A DNA stretch of 46,497 nucleotides, from positions 50,886,714 through 50,933,210 of the forward strand of contig NC_068997.1 in assembly GCF_001194135.2 (NCBI RefSeq). The letters run 5' to 3'. Position 1 is the first letter of the stretch. Every line of letters starts with the position of its first letter. A program made the position numbers and the translations under genes. This document shows, piece by piece, positions 25,248-38,049 of this stretch. Below the pieces are notes generated by a model. That model saw only the letters and a list, made by a program, of their open reading frames with translations. It had not been told where the DNA came from and did not search any database. This stretch comes from Octopus bimaculoides (lineage: Eukaryota).

Positions 25248-25406
25248 TGGCACTCCGTCGGTTACGACGACGAGGGTTCCAGTTGATCCGATAAAGGTAC
25301 ACGTGTCTGTGGAGTGCTCAAGCCACTTGCACGTTAATTTCACGAGCAGGCTGTTCCGTTGATCGGATCAACTGGAACCTTCGTCGTCGTAACTGACGGA
25401 GTGCCA
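25248..25406. mobile_element. Fold-back derivative of the SINE A 3' end
   Basis: 45-bp inverted arms at 25248-25292 and 25362-25406. Confidence 0.85.
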
Positions 25407-25678
25407 AAGTAATTCTTCTTATCAATGCATTTATACACCCATCCAACTCTCTCTTTCTCTCTCTCTCTCATAACATATTCATTTTATTTATTTCTAGTTA
25501 ACCATTTAATGCTTCGCCTATTAAATAGGTTAATACTAACTTAACTATTGAAATAGCTCAACTTAAAACTCTATTCATGCCGTTCTTTTGTTAATATATT
25601 TATTTACTGCGTCATTCATAAACGCTTTCATTTTTATCTCCTTCTTAACAAAAACATCTAACCATTTCTTCTATGCCA

Positions 25679-25886
25679 TACGAGAGGGTGTTGGAAAGTT
25701 CCTGGCTTTACGATGTTGCGAAAAGCCGGGATGGAGACCCAACCTTCCGAGTTCTTTTACAGGGCCTAGGGAATCTGCAATAAGTGTGTGAATCTGAGAA
25801 GGGAATATGCTGGATAAAATCATAATTAACTGACCCTCCTGTATTTTCTTTTACTCAAAATCAGGGACTTTTCAGCACCCTTTCTA
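25679..25886 (+). mobile_element. Mariner-derived MITE
   Basis: TIR tacgagagggtgttggaaagttcctgg / cagggacttttcagcaccctttcta; internal KCVNLRREYAG* codons at 25782-25817. Confidence 0.8.
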
Positions 25887-26019
25887 TTTTCCAGAGATTC
25901 ATTCTCAATGACAGGAGGTAATGGAAGTCACTTTACCTGTCCTTCGTATTATGTTCTTAGTATTTAAGCTTCCTTATAAATTTATGACTGTAGCAATATT
26001 GATAATCTAATATCTATGA

Positions 26020-26360
26020 GTGAAGGCGCATGGCTCAGTGGTTAGAGCGTCTAGCTTATGACCGTGAGGTTGTGAGTTCGAATCCCTGACCGGGCTGCGT
26101 GTTGTGTTCTTGAGCAAGACACTTTATTTCACATTGCTCCAGTTCACTCAGCTGTAGAAATGAGTTGCGACGTCACAGGTGCCAAGCTGTATCGGCCCCT
26201 TTGCCTTTTCCTTGGATAACACTGGCGGCGTGGAGAGGGGAGGCCGTTATGCATGGGTGACTGCTGGTCTGCCATAAACAACCTTGCCCGGACTTGTGCC
26301 TCGGAGGGTAACTTTCTAGATGCAATCCCATGGTCATTCATGACTGAAGGGGCTCTCAGC
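26020..26360 (+). mobile_element. Full-length tRNA-derived SINE with CORE-like domain (family E), 11-bp TSD
   Basis: A/B boxes (tggctcagtggtt; gagttcgaatcc), CORE-like tgttcttgagcaagacactt...ctccagttcactcagctgtagaaatg, TSD aatatctatga at 26009-26019 and 26361-26371. Confidence 0.88.
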
Positions 26361-26544
26361 AATATCTATGAACACAGGGGAAATATTTATTAATAGTGTA
26401 TTTTTCGAAGTCTCAAATAAAAATCATTATAATAATTCTTCTCGAAATTATCAATTACTTCCACGAAAATCTAATGTAATTTTAGAATCTATCATTTTTT
26501 AAGAATATCTATATACTAGCATACCCGTATCGTCAAAATACGCT

Positions 26545-26668
26545 CGTGGAGCTTTAGGTGTTTTAGCTGCATAAACACTTACAACGCCCTCTCTGGGAAT
26601 CGAAACCGCGATCCTACTACGACCGCGAGTTCGCTGCCCTAACCACCGGGCCATTGCACCCCCACACA
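26545..26668 (-). mobile_element. SINE family A 5' fragment
   Basis: Homologous to the 40484 head. Confidence 0.8.
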
Positions 26669-27355
26669 CATACACACACACACACACATACATGCATACA
26701 CAAAAAATACCTGAACATAAGAGATTAAGCCCAAAAAATTTAAAGAAATAAAAAAATTTTACGGAAATTGCCGAACAAATAATTTCAGTGTTGATACACN
26801 NNNNNNNNNNNNNNNNNNNNNNNNNNNNNNNNNNNNNNNNNNNNNNNNNNNNNNNNNNNNNNNNNNNNNNNNNNNNNNNNNNNNNNNNNNNNNNNNNNNN
26901 NNNNNNNNNNNNNNNNNNNNNNNNNNNNNNNNNNNNNNNNNNNNNNNNNNNNNNNNNNNNNNNNNNNNNNNNNNNNNNNNNNNNNNNNNNNNNNNNNNNN
27001 NNNNNNNNNNNNNNNNNNNNNNNNNNNNNNNNNNNNNNNNNNNNNNNNNNNNNNNNNNNNNNNNNNNNNNNNNNNNNNNNNNNNNNNNNNNNNNNNNNNN
27101 NNNNNNNNNNNNNNNNNNNNNNNNNNNNNNNNNNNNNNNNNNNNNNNNNNNNNNNNNNNNNNNNNNNNNNNNNNNNNNNNNNNNNNNNNNNNNNNNNNNN
27201 NNNNNNNNNNNNNNNNNNNNNNNNNNNNNNNNNNNNNNNNNNNNNNNNNNNNNNNNNNNNNNNNNNNNNNNNNNNNNNNNNNNNNNNNNNNNNNNNNNNN
27301 NNNNNNNNNNNNNNNNNNNNNNNNNNNNNNNNNNNNNNNNNNNNNNNNNNNNNNN

Positions 27356-27531
27356 GTGAAAGGCCTAGTTGGCGGCCCAACCTTCTGAGTTTTTTCATAG
27401 GGCTTAGAAAAATTGAAGGACTGCTGCAATAAGTGTGTGAATCTGAGAGGGGGGATACGTTGATTAAAACAATTAATTGATCCTCCTGTATTTTCTTTTA
27501 CCCGAAGCCAGGAACTTTTCGGAATCCACCC
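27356..27531 (+). mobile_element. Mariner-derived MITE, gap-truncated
   Basis: aagtgtgtgaatctgagagggggatacgttgattaa = KCVNLRGGYVD*; right TIR gccaggaacttttc. Confidence 0.75.
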
Positions 27532-27732
27532 CATCACAAACACACACACACACACACACACACAGGTATATATATGTATATAACATATACACATGTATGT
27601 ATATTATCAATTAATATAAAAATATTAAAACTAAAAGCACGACCTACTCACAAAATAGAAAATATGAAATTATTCATAACACTGTTTACATAAACAGTTA
27701 AAAGAACACCTGGTGGAATTAGAATTTCTTAC

Positions 27733-27861
27733 CTGTCTGATTGAATGTAGAACACAAGCACGTGTATTGGTTTTGGTCTTAGTTGGTGATGTCACCATAA
27801 ATACCGTTGGTGCCATCAACTTACTGAGAGGCAGTCCAATGCTACTTCCGATGCAACACAT
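27733..27861 (-). other. Candidate ATG-initiated exon (43 codons) ending in CAG|GTAAGA
   Basis: MCCIGSSIGLPLSKLMAPTVFMVTSPTKTKTNTRACVLHSIRQ in unique sequence with a phase-0 consensus donor; no homology recognised. Confidence 0.3.
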
Positions 27862-28073
27862 TGGTAAAATCGCAAACGTAACGGAAATAGACTCGCAGAG
27901 ATCGGTAGCTATATATCTGTCTGTCTGTCTGTCTGTCTGTCTATATATTATATATATATATATGGTAGTTTTTTTACTTATTTAGTCCCTCGATAGCGTG
28001 CCCTTTTTATATATATATATACCCAAATATATATATATATCCCTCTCCCACTATGTGTATATATACACAAGTA

Positions 28074-28105
<32 letters not shown>

Positions 28106-28354
28106 CAATCTGACTGTCTATCTATCTCTCCCTCTCCCACTGTGTGTGTTTGTGTGTGTGTGTGTATATAGTAATCGTGTAAATCTATATGTTGTCGTTT
28201 AGACCCAGGTCAAGTCTTATCGAGTAGACCTACGATCAAAGTCATTCCAGCCGTGACCATCCCTTATCCAACGTGTACTAGGGTGTGATTTGAGACTTAG
28301 CTTCTATTTTTTGCCGGTCGGTCGACTACTTAACGAATTGTCCTCGTTAACCTA

Positions 28355-28396
<42 letters not shown>

Positions 28397-29000
28397 NNNN
28401 NNNNNNTATCTATCTATCTCTCTATCATTATCTCTCTAAATATATATCTGTGTATATAAGATGTATGTGTGTGTGTACTCGTGTCTGTGTGTATGTGGGT
28501 GTGGTTCTATAATGTTATAGCTAAACCTACAATGGCTGGTTTCATTCTAGGGCAGCAAGATGATGAAGGGGCCTTGCTCCAGGCCAACACGAAGTTTGGT
28601 TTTTGTTGTTGCTGTTTTTGTCGTTGTAACTTTCCTCTCTTTCTGTCTGTCTGTCTGTCCGTCTTTCTGTCTGTCTATCTGCCTGTCTATGTGTCTGTCT
28701 GTCTCTGTCTCTCTCTCTCTCGCTTTACCTGTGTACCCTCTTACGTACCCCACCCCTTAGCTGGAGCTGAGTCAGGTGAAAGTTTTCGCCGTACTTTGAG
28801 AGGTCACAGCAATCTTAGATGTTGTTGTTGTTTTAGAGATAAAGATACCACACAAGGAGGGGACAGATGTTGAGAGGGAGACAGAGAGAAAGCGAGAGGG
28901 GACAGTGAATGAATGACAGAGAGAGAGAGAGAGAGAGAGAGAAAGGGATAGATAGAGGGAGAGAGTGAGGAAGATACACACACACACATACACACACACA

Positions 29001-29039
<39 letters not shown>

Positions 29040-29197
29040 AAATACATATTGAATGAGGGAGAGAGAGGGAAGTAGAGAGAGAGAGAGTAAAAGAGTGAAA
29101 GAGAGAGAAAGATAGAGAGAGGCAGAAAATGAATAAGAGGCAGCGAAAAAGAAAGAGATAGAAAGAGGGAAAGAGGGAGAGGGAGAGAGAGCGAAGA

Positions 29198-29229
<32 letters not shown>

Positions 29230-30089
29230 ACACACACACACACAATGAATGAGAGAAAGAGAGAAGTAGAGAGAATCAGTCAATAAAAGCGAGAGAGAGA
29301 GAGAGAGAGAGAGGCAAATAGTCAGAGGGAGTGAATGAATGAGAGAGGGAGAGAAAAGAGAAAGAGAGAAGCGGGTGGGATTGCTGTCATTGTATTGACA
29401 ATAAAAGGACAGTTCCCCCCCTCCCCTTCCTCTTCCCCTTCCTCCTCCTCTTCTCCCTCCTCTTCTCCCTCCTCCTCCTCTTCCTACCTGTTGTCACAGC
29501 TACCGAAACATGTTAAAAAAAACAACAAAAAACAGAGAAAATAAACCGAAGAAAAAAACAACCCCAAAAATTATTTAATAACCTATTAAAGGTGAATGAG
29601 AACGTTGACCTAGTTTCAGGTGTTGGTCGTGAGGTCATGTTGGCGGCGACGGCGGTGGGTCCCGTGGTTGTTGTTGTTGTTGTTGTTGTTGTTGTGGTGG
29701 TGGTGGTTGTGTTATTGCTGTCCTTATTAAACCCAACGGGGGAGAATAATGGACACTTACTGCGTTGACAGATTGATAGCAGCAGCGTCAGCAGCAGAAG
29801 AAGAAGAAGAAGAAGAAAAAGAAGAAGGTTGAGGATGATGATAGTGAGGGGAGAGGCGGAAGAAGAGGAGGACCCAAAAATAAGGAAGAAGAAAATGATG
29901 AACAAGAAGAGGAAGAAGAAAGAAAAGGAAAAGGTGAAGAAAAAACTAAAGAAGAAAAGAAAAGAAAAGAAAATTATTATTAGTCTTGTTTACATACAAA
30001 ACCCTCACAACAACACACACACATACACACACATTCTTTGTTTTGTCCTGTGTTGTCCATGTTTTTTCTTAATGTAAGCCCTTGTGGTT

Positions 30090-30640
30090 AATTATTATTA
30101 TTATTATTGAGTGACAGAGCAGTGCATGCCATCAAAGTGACACTGGGGTAAAATATACGAAGTCCAGTATACCCATCATGACTGATAAGGGTACACCAGG
30201 CACATGTATCGCAACCATATGTGCTTAGCATGGTGATCTTATATCGAGATAAACACTGCATGACCTTGCAAGTGGGGCCCAGTTAGAATTTTTTTCAGGT
30301 TGAGTAGTCCATCCTGCTCAAATGGTCCTTGCATAAGAGTTGTTTGGACAAAACATCCACATTTCCAGAGGTGAATTATCCAAACCCCAAAGAATTCCAT
30401 TCAACATATGTCTATGATGCTTCCCCAACTATTTCTGCTCGTGATCAGAGATGCACATATCGTCTGCCACCAAGGGACATGCTCAACTGGTTATGGTCAA
30501 ACAACTGACAAGCAAATCTTATGGTATTGAGCAGAATATTCGCTGTAGCCCATCTTTTATATCAAGACAAAACAATGTACATGATAGCACTTCCAATCAG
30601 TTAAGATCAGAAGCCACTGATCTGGTACTGCATCAGGGCA

Positions 30641-30724
<84 letters not shown>

Positions 30725-30725
30725 C
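30090..30725. mobile_element. Two back-to-back retroelement 3' fragments with outward-facing trinucleotide tails
   Basis: Minus-strand segment about 30090-30462 ends in (AAT)n; plus-strand segment about 30463-30725 ends in a long (TTA)n. Family identity is recalled, not verified. Confidence 0.5.
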
Positions 30726-31767
30726 ATTACTCCCCCTGGGCAAATAAATCATCATCATCATCATCATCAATTAATTTAACGTTAGGTACATTGGGACGGT
30801 CATTTTGCAAATGAAAACACGCGTGCTACTTATATATCACTTCTTTTTTATCATTATCATCAACCAATTAATTAACAAATTTATCTAATTAACTAATCGA
30901 TTATTTCATCAATCGTTCCACCAATTAGCCAGTTGGTTCAGCTGAAAGACTGACTACCAAATTATTGATTAAGCAATCATTTGATCAAAGAATTGCTAAA
31001 TTAATTAATTAAGCGGTTAATTGATATTGATGGTTACTGCCTTAAGTACAAGGCCAGCAGTGTTATATTCAAGGGGTCAGTTCGCTGCAGCATTTCAGAT
31101 AAGATGCCGGGGGTTTTGTAAGGGTGTTCATAATAGGCAGAGACAAGGCTTGGAATCATTGTAGCAGAAAGAAAAGATGTGGTTGCAAGAGGAATATGTT
31201 CTATTAATGAAACCGGTGAGAAAAACCACCGAAAAGCTTTGAACATCCCCCACTGACTTGTGGCTGCTGAGATACAAGCCGAGTTTTGATCAAGCTGCAG
31301 ATGGGTCAACAGGGCGAAAGAGCCCGCTATTGAAAGACAACAAACTCCCATACAGCGCTAAGAACATTTATTATGATGTATCTCAAAGCATTTATAGAGA
31401 TGTGTCTTACAACCTTAATAACAAATTTATGACTAATTGTGTTTATTTTACCTCGACAAACATTTACTGAGATTACAGATACTATGCATTACACAGTAAG
31501 CAACCTATACTCTTGTATAATATTTCATTGAAATTTAATATTAATCCTACTTATTCTAACAACTGGTCATATATTTATAGTGTGTTCTGATTTTAAGCTT
31601 TGCCGTATGACAATCAATTACAGCGTGGAAGACATATTAACCACTCAAAAACAGACAAAGACTATTCCCTTCACTTAAACGTTTATTATTTAGTGTCAAA
31701 TTTTTGACACCAAATAATAACTAAGTCTTTGTGTCTTTTTTTGAATGGCTTATATGTGCCTTCCATA

Positions 31768-32165
31768 AAAGCGGCGAGCTAGCGGAATCGTTAGCGCGCC
31801 GGGCGAAATGCTTAGCAGTATTTCGTCTGTCTTTATGTTCTGAGTTCAAATTCCGCCGAGGTCGACTTTGCCATTCATCCTTTCGGGGTCGACTTTGCCT
31901 TTCATCCGTACTGGAGTCGGTCTAATCGACTGGCCCCTTCCCCCAAAATTTCGGGCCTTGTACCTAGAGTAGAGAAGAATTGTTAGCACGCAGAGTAAAA
32001 TGCTTAGAGGCCTTTACGTTCTGAGTTCAAATTCCGCTGAGGTTGACTTTGCTGCTCATCCCTTCGGGATCGATAAAATAGATAACAGTTGATCACTTGG
32101 ATCTATGTAATCGAATTACCCCCCTCCTCGAAATCGGTGGCCTTGAGCCTAAATTTGAAACCATT
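31768..32165 (+). mobile_element. Two tandem family C SINEs, the first with an internal duplication of about 28 nt
   Basis: gtcgactttgccattcatcctttcggg|gtcgactttgcctttcatcc. Confidence 0.85.
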
Positions 32166-32679
32166 ATGTACTTCCCAGGCTGTAATTGTTTTAAGACCAC
32201 GTGATCTTAGATAAAAACACTTGCTTGATAAGTGCACTTCCGTAATATATAAATAAAATTCCAACAAATATTTCAACAAGGAAAATTCCCTGATAGACGG
32301 AAGTCCACCAAGGGTAATTCCGGGGAAACCTCCCGAAATAAAAGGCCCGGATTATTGAACTTCGAAATTGCCTTCTTCCAGTTTCTTTCTTCTTACTTAG
32401 AATGAAAAGCATACACAGGATAGACCCATCCAAACTCACCAGTTTTTGCCTCTTTCGATAAATACACTAGAAAACAGCACCCCCTCTCTCTCTACGCTGG
32501 CCTTCCTCTTCTGGTGAGACTTGAAGAAGTTCGTGTCTATATAGTGGCGGGCAGATGTAGACAGCCTCTTGGCCTCTTTACCCTCGATCCAGCAACACAT
32601 CCAGGATATGACAACTGAAGGGTGAGTGGCTATGCAAACACCCAGGTGGTACTTACTTGATTCTACGAAGACTGAAGCA

Positions 32680-32788
32680 ACGTGAAATAAAGTGTCTTGC
32701 TCAAGAATACAGCGTAGTATCTACCAGTTCAGAAAGTGAACCCTAGACCCTTTGATCATCTTAACCACTAAACTATGCGCCTTCACTG
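32680..32788 (-). mobile_element. Family E SINE 5' fragment
   Basis: gagcaacgtgaaataaagtgtcttgctcaag-like CORE segment and tRNA-like head in reverse. Confidence 0.65.
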
Positions 32789-33621
32789 GAAGGAAATATA
32801 TTTGGTAAATAGCGTGCATGGTTAGTAGCAGAGCATTTAATAGGAAGGGTTCGGTTGTTCACCGGCAAAAAGAAAACATTTCTTTTTTGGTTTCTTTCAG
32901 GATGTTTATCGTGAAATTCTTGTATATTGACTAAATACGTGTCGGTTAGTTCCACAGAGTTTGGGACGTTGCAGCTGTTTGTTAACACGTCGCATCTGTT
33001 GTTGGTAATATGTTGCATTTGCTTGCGATACGATGCATCTGTTGGGAAGTTTGTTTTTGCGAGATCATATTTGTAATTCTTGAAGGAGATTGTTGTTTTT
33101 CTCGAGTCCGAGGACTCCGAAAGCCTGATATCCGGCTTCCATGGTGTGTATGTGACCGAGATCACAACATTCCCCCCTGGATAGGACGCTAGAGTTCAAG
33201 ACAGAGTTCANNNNNNNNNNNNNNNNNNNNNNNNNNNNNNNNNNNNNNNNNNNNNNNNNNNNNNNNNNNNNNNNNNNNNNNNNNNNNNNNNNNNNNNNNN
33301 NNNNNNNNNNNNNNNNNNNNNNNNNNNNNNNNNNNNNNNNNNNNNNNNNNNNNNNNNNNNNNNNNNNNNNNNNNNNNNNNNNNNNNNNNNNNNNNNNNNN
33401 NNNNNNNNNNNNNNNNNNNNNNNNNNNNNNNNNNNNNNNNNNNNNNNNNNNNNNNNNNNNNNNNNNNNNNNNNNNNNNNNNNNNNNNNNNNNNNNNNNNN
33501 NNNNNNNNNNNNNTGTAATAAAATGTTTTGAAAGAAATTTAAAGTACTAACGTGATAACTGTAAACCTACTTTTGGGCCACTCTGTGTATATATAGGAGA
33601 GAGAGAGAGAGAGAGCGAGGG

Positions 33622-33681
<60 letters not shown>

Positions 33682-36537
33682 GCATACATTCAAACAAGTA
33701 AAGGCAGGGTGGGTGGGGTTGTGAGTAGGAAATATTTAAGCAAACATCATATCGATAACAACCCGTGTTGAGTAAAGTAAGAATAAAAGAAAGATACGTG
33801 AATTGCGTAGTTCCAGTTTATCAGAAAATGCAGGAATNNNNNNNNNNNNNNNNNNNNNNNNNNNNNNNNNNNNNNNNNNNNNNNNNNNNNNNNNNNNNNN
33901 NNNNNNNNNNNNNNNNNNNNNNNNNNNNNNNNNNNNNNNNNNNNNNNNNNNNNNNNNNNNNNNNNNNNNNNNNNNNNNNNNNNNNNNNNNNNNNNNNNNN
34001 NNNNNNNNNNNNNNNNNNNNNNNNNNNNNNNNNNNNNNNNNNNNNNNNNNNNNNNNNNNNNNNNNNNNNNNNNNNNNNNNNNNNNNNNNNNNNNNNNNNN
34101 NNNNNNNNNNNNNNNNNNNNNNNNNNNNNNNNNNNNNNNNNNNNNNNNNNNNNNNNNNNNNNNNNNNNNNNNNNNNNNNNNNNNNNNNNNNNNNNNNNNN
34201 NNNNNNNNNNNNNNNNNNNNNNNNNNNNNNNNNNNNNNNNNNNNNNNNNNNNNNNNNNNNNNNNNNNNNNNNNNNNNNNNNNNNNNNNNNNNNNNNNNNN
34301 NNNNNNNNNNNNNNNNNNNNNNNNNNNNNNNNNNNNNNNNNNNNNNNNNNNNNNNNNNNNNNNNNNNNNNNNNNNNNNNNNNNNNNNNNNNNNNNNNNNN
34401 NNNNNNNNNNNNNNNNNNNNNNNNNNNNNNNNNNNNNNNNNNNNNNNNNNNNNNNNNNNNNNNNNNNNNNNNNNNNNNNNNNNNNNNNNNNNNNNNNNNN
34501 NNNNNNNNNNNNNNNNNNNNNNNNNNNNNNNNNNNNNNNNNNNNNTACGCTAGTTTGATAAATATAGGCTATTAATTAAATGTCGAATATTTCCCCGAAG
34601 TATTTCCACTCTGGATAATTATTCTTGGGAGAGTGTGATGTAGAAGTGGTAGCCCCTTAATTTCTTTCTCGCCATTACTAGTGACCTCAATAAAGAGGGT
34701 TCTAACCACGCCGTCGTCTTGCCTCTGACTACAAATCCTTTTATAATCTACATTTGTTTGTTTCTGTTCCTGGATTGAAGCCAAGCTGGAGCACAGCCTC
34801 TGACAGATCGACCCCACTACTTGAGATTTGGGGGGGGGGTTTGGTCGCAGTCGGGTGACTGAAACAAGCAAAAGATGAAAGATACTCTGAATAGATAAAA
34901 TAAAATAAATAAAATAAAATTTAACAGTAATTAAAAATAAAGAGAAAATGGTTTTCAACGCTGCTTAACGCGAAGTTTAGCATTAAAAGAACTCGTGACT
35001 GATTGACAACTTGGGATAGACTCGTGCCAAATACTAATTTTCCCGCTATTTCCCCACAGGAAATCAATTCTAAAGATTGTCTTTTTTAAATTAATATTTG
35101 TTTTTCTTGTCGTTTGTTTTTCGTTTATTTAACAAAGTTTATTGATTCTATTTTCTTTTCAAAAAATCTCCTCAGTTCCTTCTTTCTTTCTTTCTCTCTC
35201 TCTCTCTCCCATATTATCTCCTTTACTTTCTATTTCCTCTCACCTTTCTCTCCCCAGCCCCATCATTTCTCTGTCCCGTCTCTCCCTCTTTCTTTATTCT
35301 TTTGTCTCTCTCTCTCTCTCTATTTCCTCTCTCCTTTCTCACTTTCTCACATTTTCCCCGCTCCCATTATTTCTCTTTGCCTCTCTCTCTTGTTCTATCC
35401 CTTTCTCTTTCTTTTCTCTCTCTCCTTCACGGTCTCTCTTTTTCTCTCTCTCTCTTCAATCTTTCTATTGATTTCCTCTCCCCATCCACTCTTTCTCTTC
35501 CCACACCCTCCCTATACCCTTTTTCTCTTTTCTCCATTCCTTTCTTCGCCTCTCTCTTCTTTCTCTCTCTCCTTTTCCCCCTCTCTCACTAGTCTTCTAT
35601 TTCTTCATCCCCCTCTATCCCCTCATCAATAAAACACCATTCCCTCATGATCGGTAAATGCCATGAAAGAAAGCCTATACACATCAATAACAACCATTCC
35701 ATATCAATTTCGTCACAGATTTCCAAACTTTGCCATAACCGCGCAAAATATGTTTCTACGTGATGTCTTTCACAATCTCTTCATGTAATTCGCCAACATG
35801 GAAGCAATGTGGAATTCAAAGCCGATTCTAACCAACACGCGCAGCACAGCTTCGTGTAAGAAGAACATTCTGGAATAAAAACAAAATGGAAAGAAGCATT
35901 ACAAAATTAAACACGAAAACTGGGTGATCTTTGAGGGAGTTACATTAATAATGGTTTCAGATGGAGAATGTTTGTTTTGCTAAAAGAGACAAACAGACAG
36001 ACAGACAGAGAAAATTCTCAGAGAAACAGTTGTCTAGGATCTTTTAGTTTTTAGGGTTTTTCAGTCATTGGACTGCGGCCATGCTAGAGTACCGCCTTAA
36101 ATGTATTTTTTCTGATGTTATATCTGTTCCTGAATGATGTGTAAAGAAATTTTGATTTAAGCATCTTAATGAATTCTTTATACTGAAATATATATTGAAG
36201 AAGATAAATATGTTCTTTTGAATTTATACGTTTTTGCGTCGTAACTCCTTTATTATTATTAATATAACCAAAAGGATCGATTCTTGAAGAGTCTGCATAT
36301 CTTCACTGTCGTTTTTTTCTGCTATTTAGGTGATGATTTTTTAAGTTAGCTTACCAATTATTTTTGTTGGTAGTTAATTTATAATATATTGTTATATATA
36401 TATATATATATTGATTAGATTTGCCAATGAGAAAAATGGAGAAATTTAATTTGATAAAAGCTTTAGTTGAGCATTATGAGATGAAAAAGACAGCAGAGTG
36501 AGGTTTCGAATACAAAATAAACAGAATGACTCCAGCT

Positions 36538-36680
36538 CACGTCTACCAAATGCACTCACAAGGCTTTGGTCGGCCCAAGGCTATAGCAGAAGACACTTGC
36601 CCAAGGTGCTATGCAGTGGGGCTGAACCCTGAACCATATGGTTGGTAAACAAGCTACTTACCACTCAGCCACTCCTGCGC
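36538..36680 (-). mobile_element. SINE B segment
   Basis: Homologous to 12480-12648. Confidence 0.85.
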
Positions 36681-36858
36681 CTGTATGTATGTATGTGTGT
36701 ATGTGTGGATGGCGGCGTACTGCAGCGAGTACACATCGTAGCATCTGGATATTATAATCTCGTTGTACGAATCTGGTTTTTAGCAAAATTACGTTTTGAC
36801 ATCTCTTTCCCAATTTACATGTATTCTTGTACTATTTTCCTTTTCACTCCTACCGTCT

Positions 36859-36900
<42 letters not shown>

Positions 36901-37059
36901 TCCTTTTGTTTGATTCAGTCCCTCTTCTCTTTTGTGTCTTGGTTCTTTACAAGTTAGTATGTTACGTGTCATTTTCTTTTAATTTTAAGAAATGTTTTTG
37001 GGAAATGCAATATCTATCTATCTATCTATCTATCTACCTATATATATATATATTCTACT

Positions 37060-37530
37060 CTAGGCACAAGGGCCGAAATTTTGGGGGAGGGGCAAATCGA
37101 TTAGATCGACTCCAGTACGCAACTGGTACTTAATTTATCGACCCCGAAAGGACTAAAGGTAAAGTCGACCTCGGTGGAATTTGAACTCAGAACGTAAAAA
37201 CAGACGAAATATCGCTAAGCATTTCACCCGGCGTGCTAACGTTCCTGCGAGCTCGCCGCCTTATAAATGTGTAATGTTAGAAAAAATAAAACGAGACAAA
37301 ACAAAAATTGTCCACCCTCCCCGCGCAACTTGTCTGGTCTCGGGCGCAGGTAATCCACACTACATCACTGCTTCTAGCTCTTTACGTTCCGAGTTCAAAT
37401 TCTGCCGAGATCGACTTTGCCTTTCATCTTATCGGGGTCGATGAAATAAGTATCAGTGAAACACTAGGGTCGATATAATCAATTAATCCCCACTTCCACA
37501 AAAATTTCAGGCCTTGTGCCTATTGTAGAA
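37060..37530. mobile_element. Inverted pair of family C SINEs (- 37060-37263; + about 37370-37530)
   Basis: gaatttgaactcagaacgta versus tacgttccgagttcaaattc. Confidence 0.85.
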
Positions 37531-38049
37531 AGAATCATCATTGTCATCATCATCATCATCATCGTCGTCAGTTTTGTCACGAAACAAGCCAATCAAAAGA
37601 TTGAGTCTTTTAAATCGTTTGCTTTATTTTTTTTCGAAGCCATATTTGTTAATTCTCCTTTAACTGTCGTCATGTCTTCTAAGGAATTTCCTAATTGGAA
37701 AAACATTGCTTGTAAGCGGTGTTAATTGGACTCAACCGAGCAAATACGAAACAAAACAACATTTAACAATCAACTAAATCTCCGACAGCTGAGAGTTAAA
37801 TGGTCTGTACGATTTCCTGCGTACGTGTATGTGTTTGTATGTATGCGTATGTGTGCGTACAAGTGTGTGTTTGTGTACGACGTATAATCAACGACCCAGA
37901 ACTTCTTAATTATACACCTGTTAATAAAGTATGAAAACTAAATTAATGTCACTTTAAAAGAAGCCAAACAATAAAAATATCACTTTGTTGTTGTTCAAAG
38001 TGATAGGTTTAGAGTTTTAATGTGTGTGTCAAACCGAAGTTTGTTTTTA

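Noticed and set aside
26020-26095. tRNA genes at SINE heads (also about 40484 and about 45605)
   Set aside because: A/B boxes are present but there is no complete cloverleaf, and each runs into a SINE body, with TSDs at 26020 and 40484.
35650-35869. Strong minus-strand acceptor followed by a 32-codon ORF
   Set aside because: All frames stop within about 100 nt, there is no consensus donor and no recognised homology.
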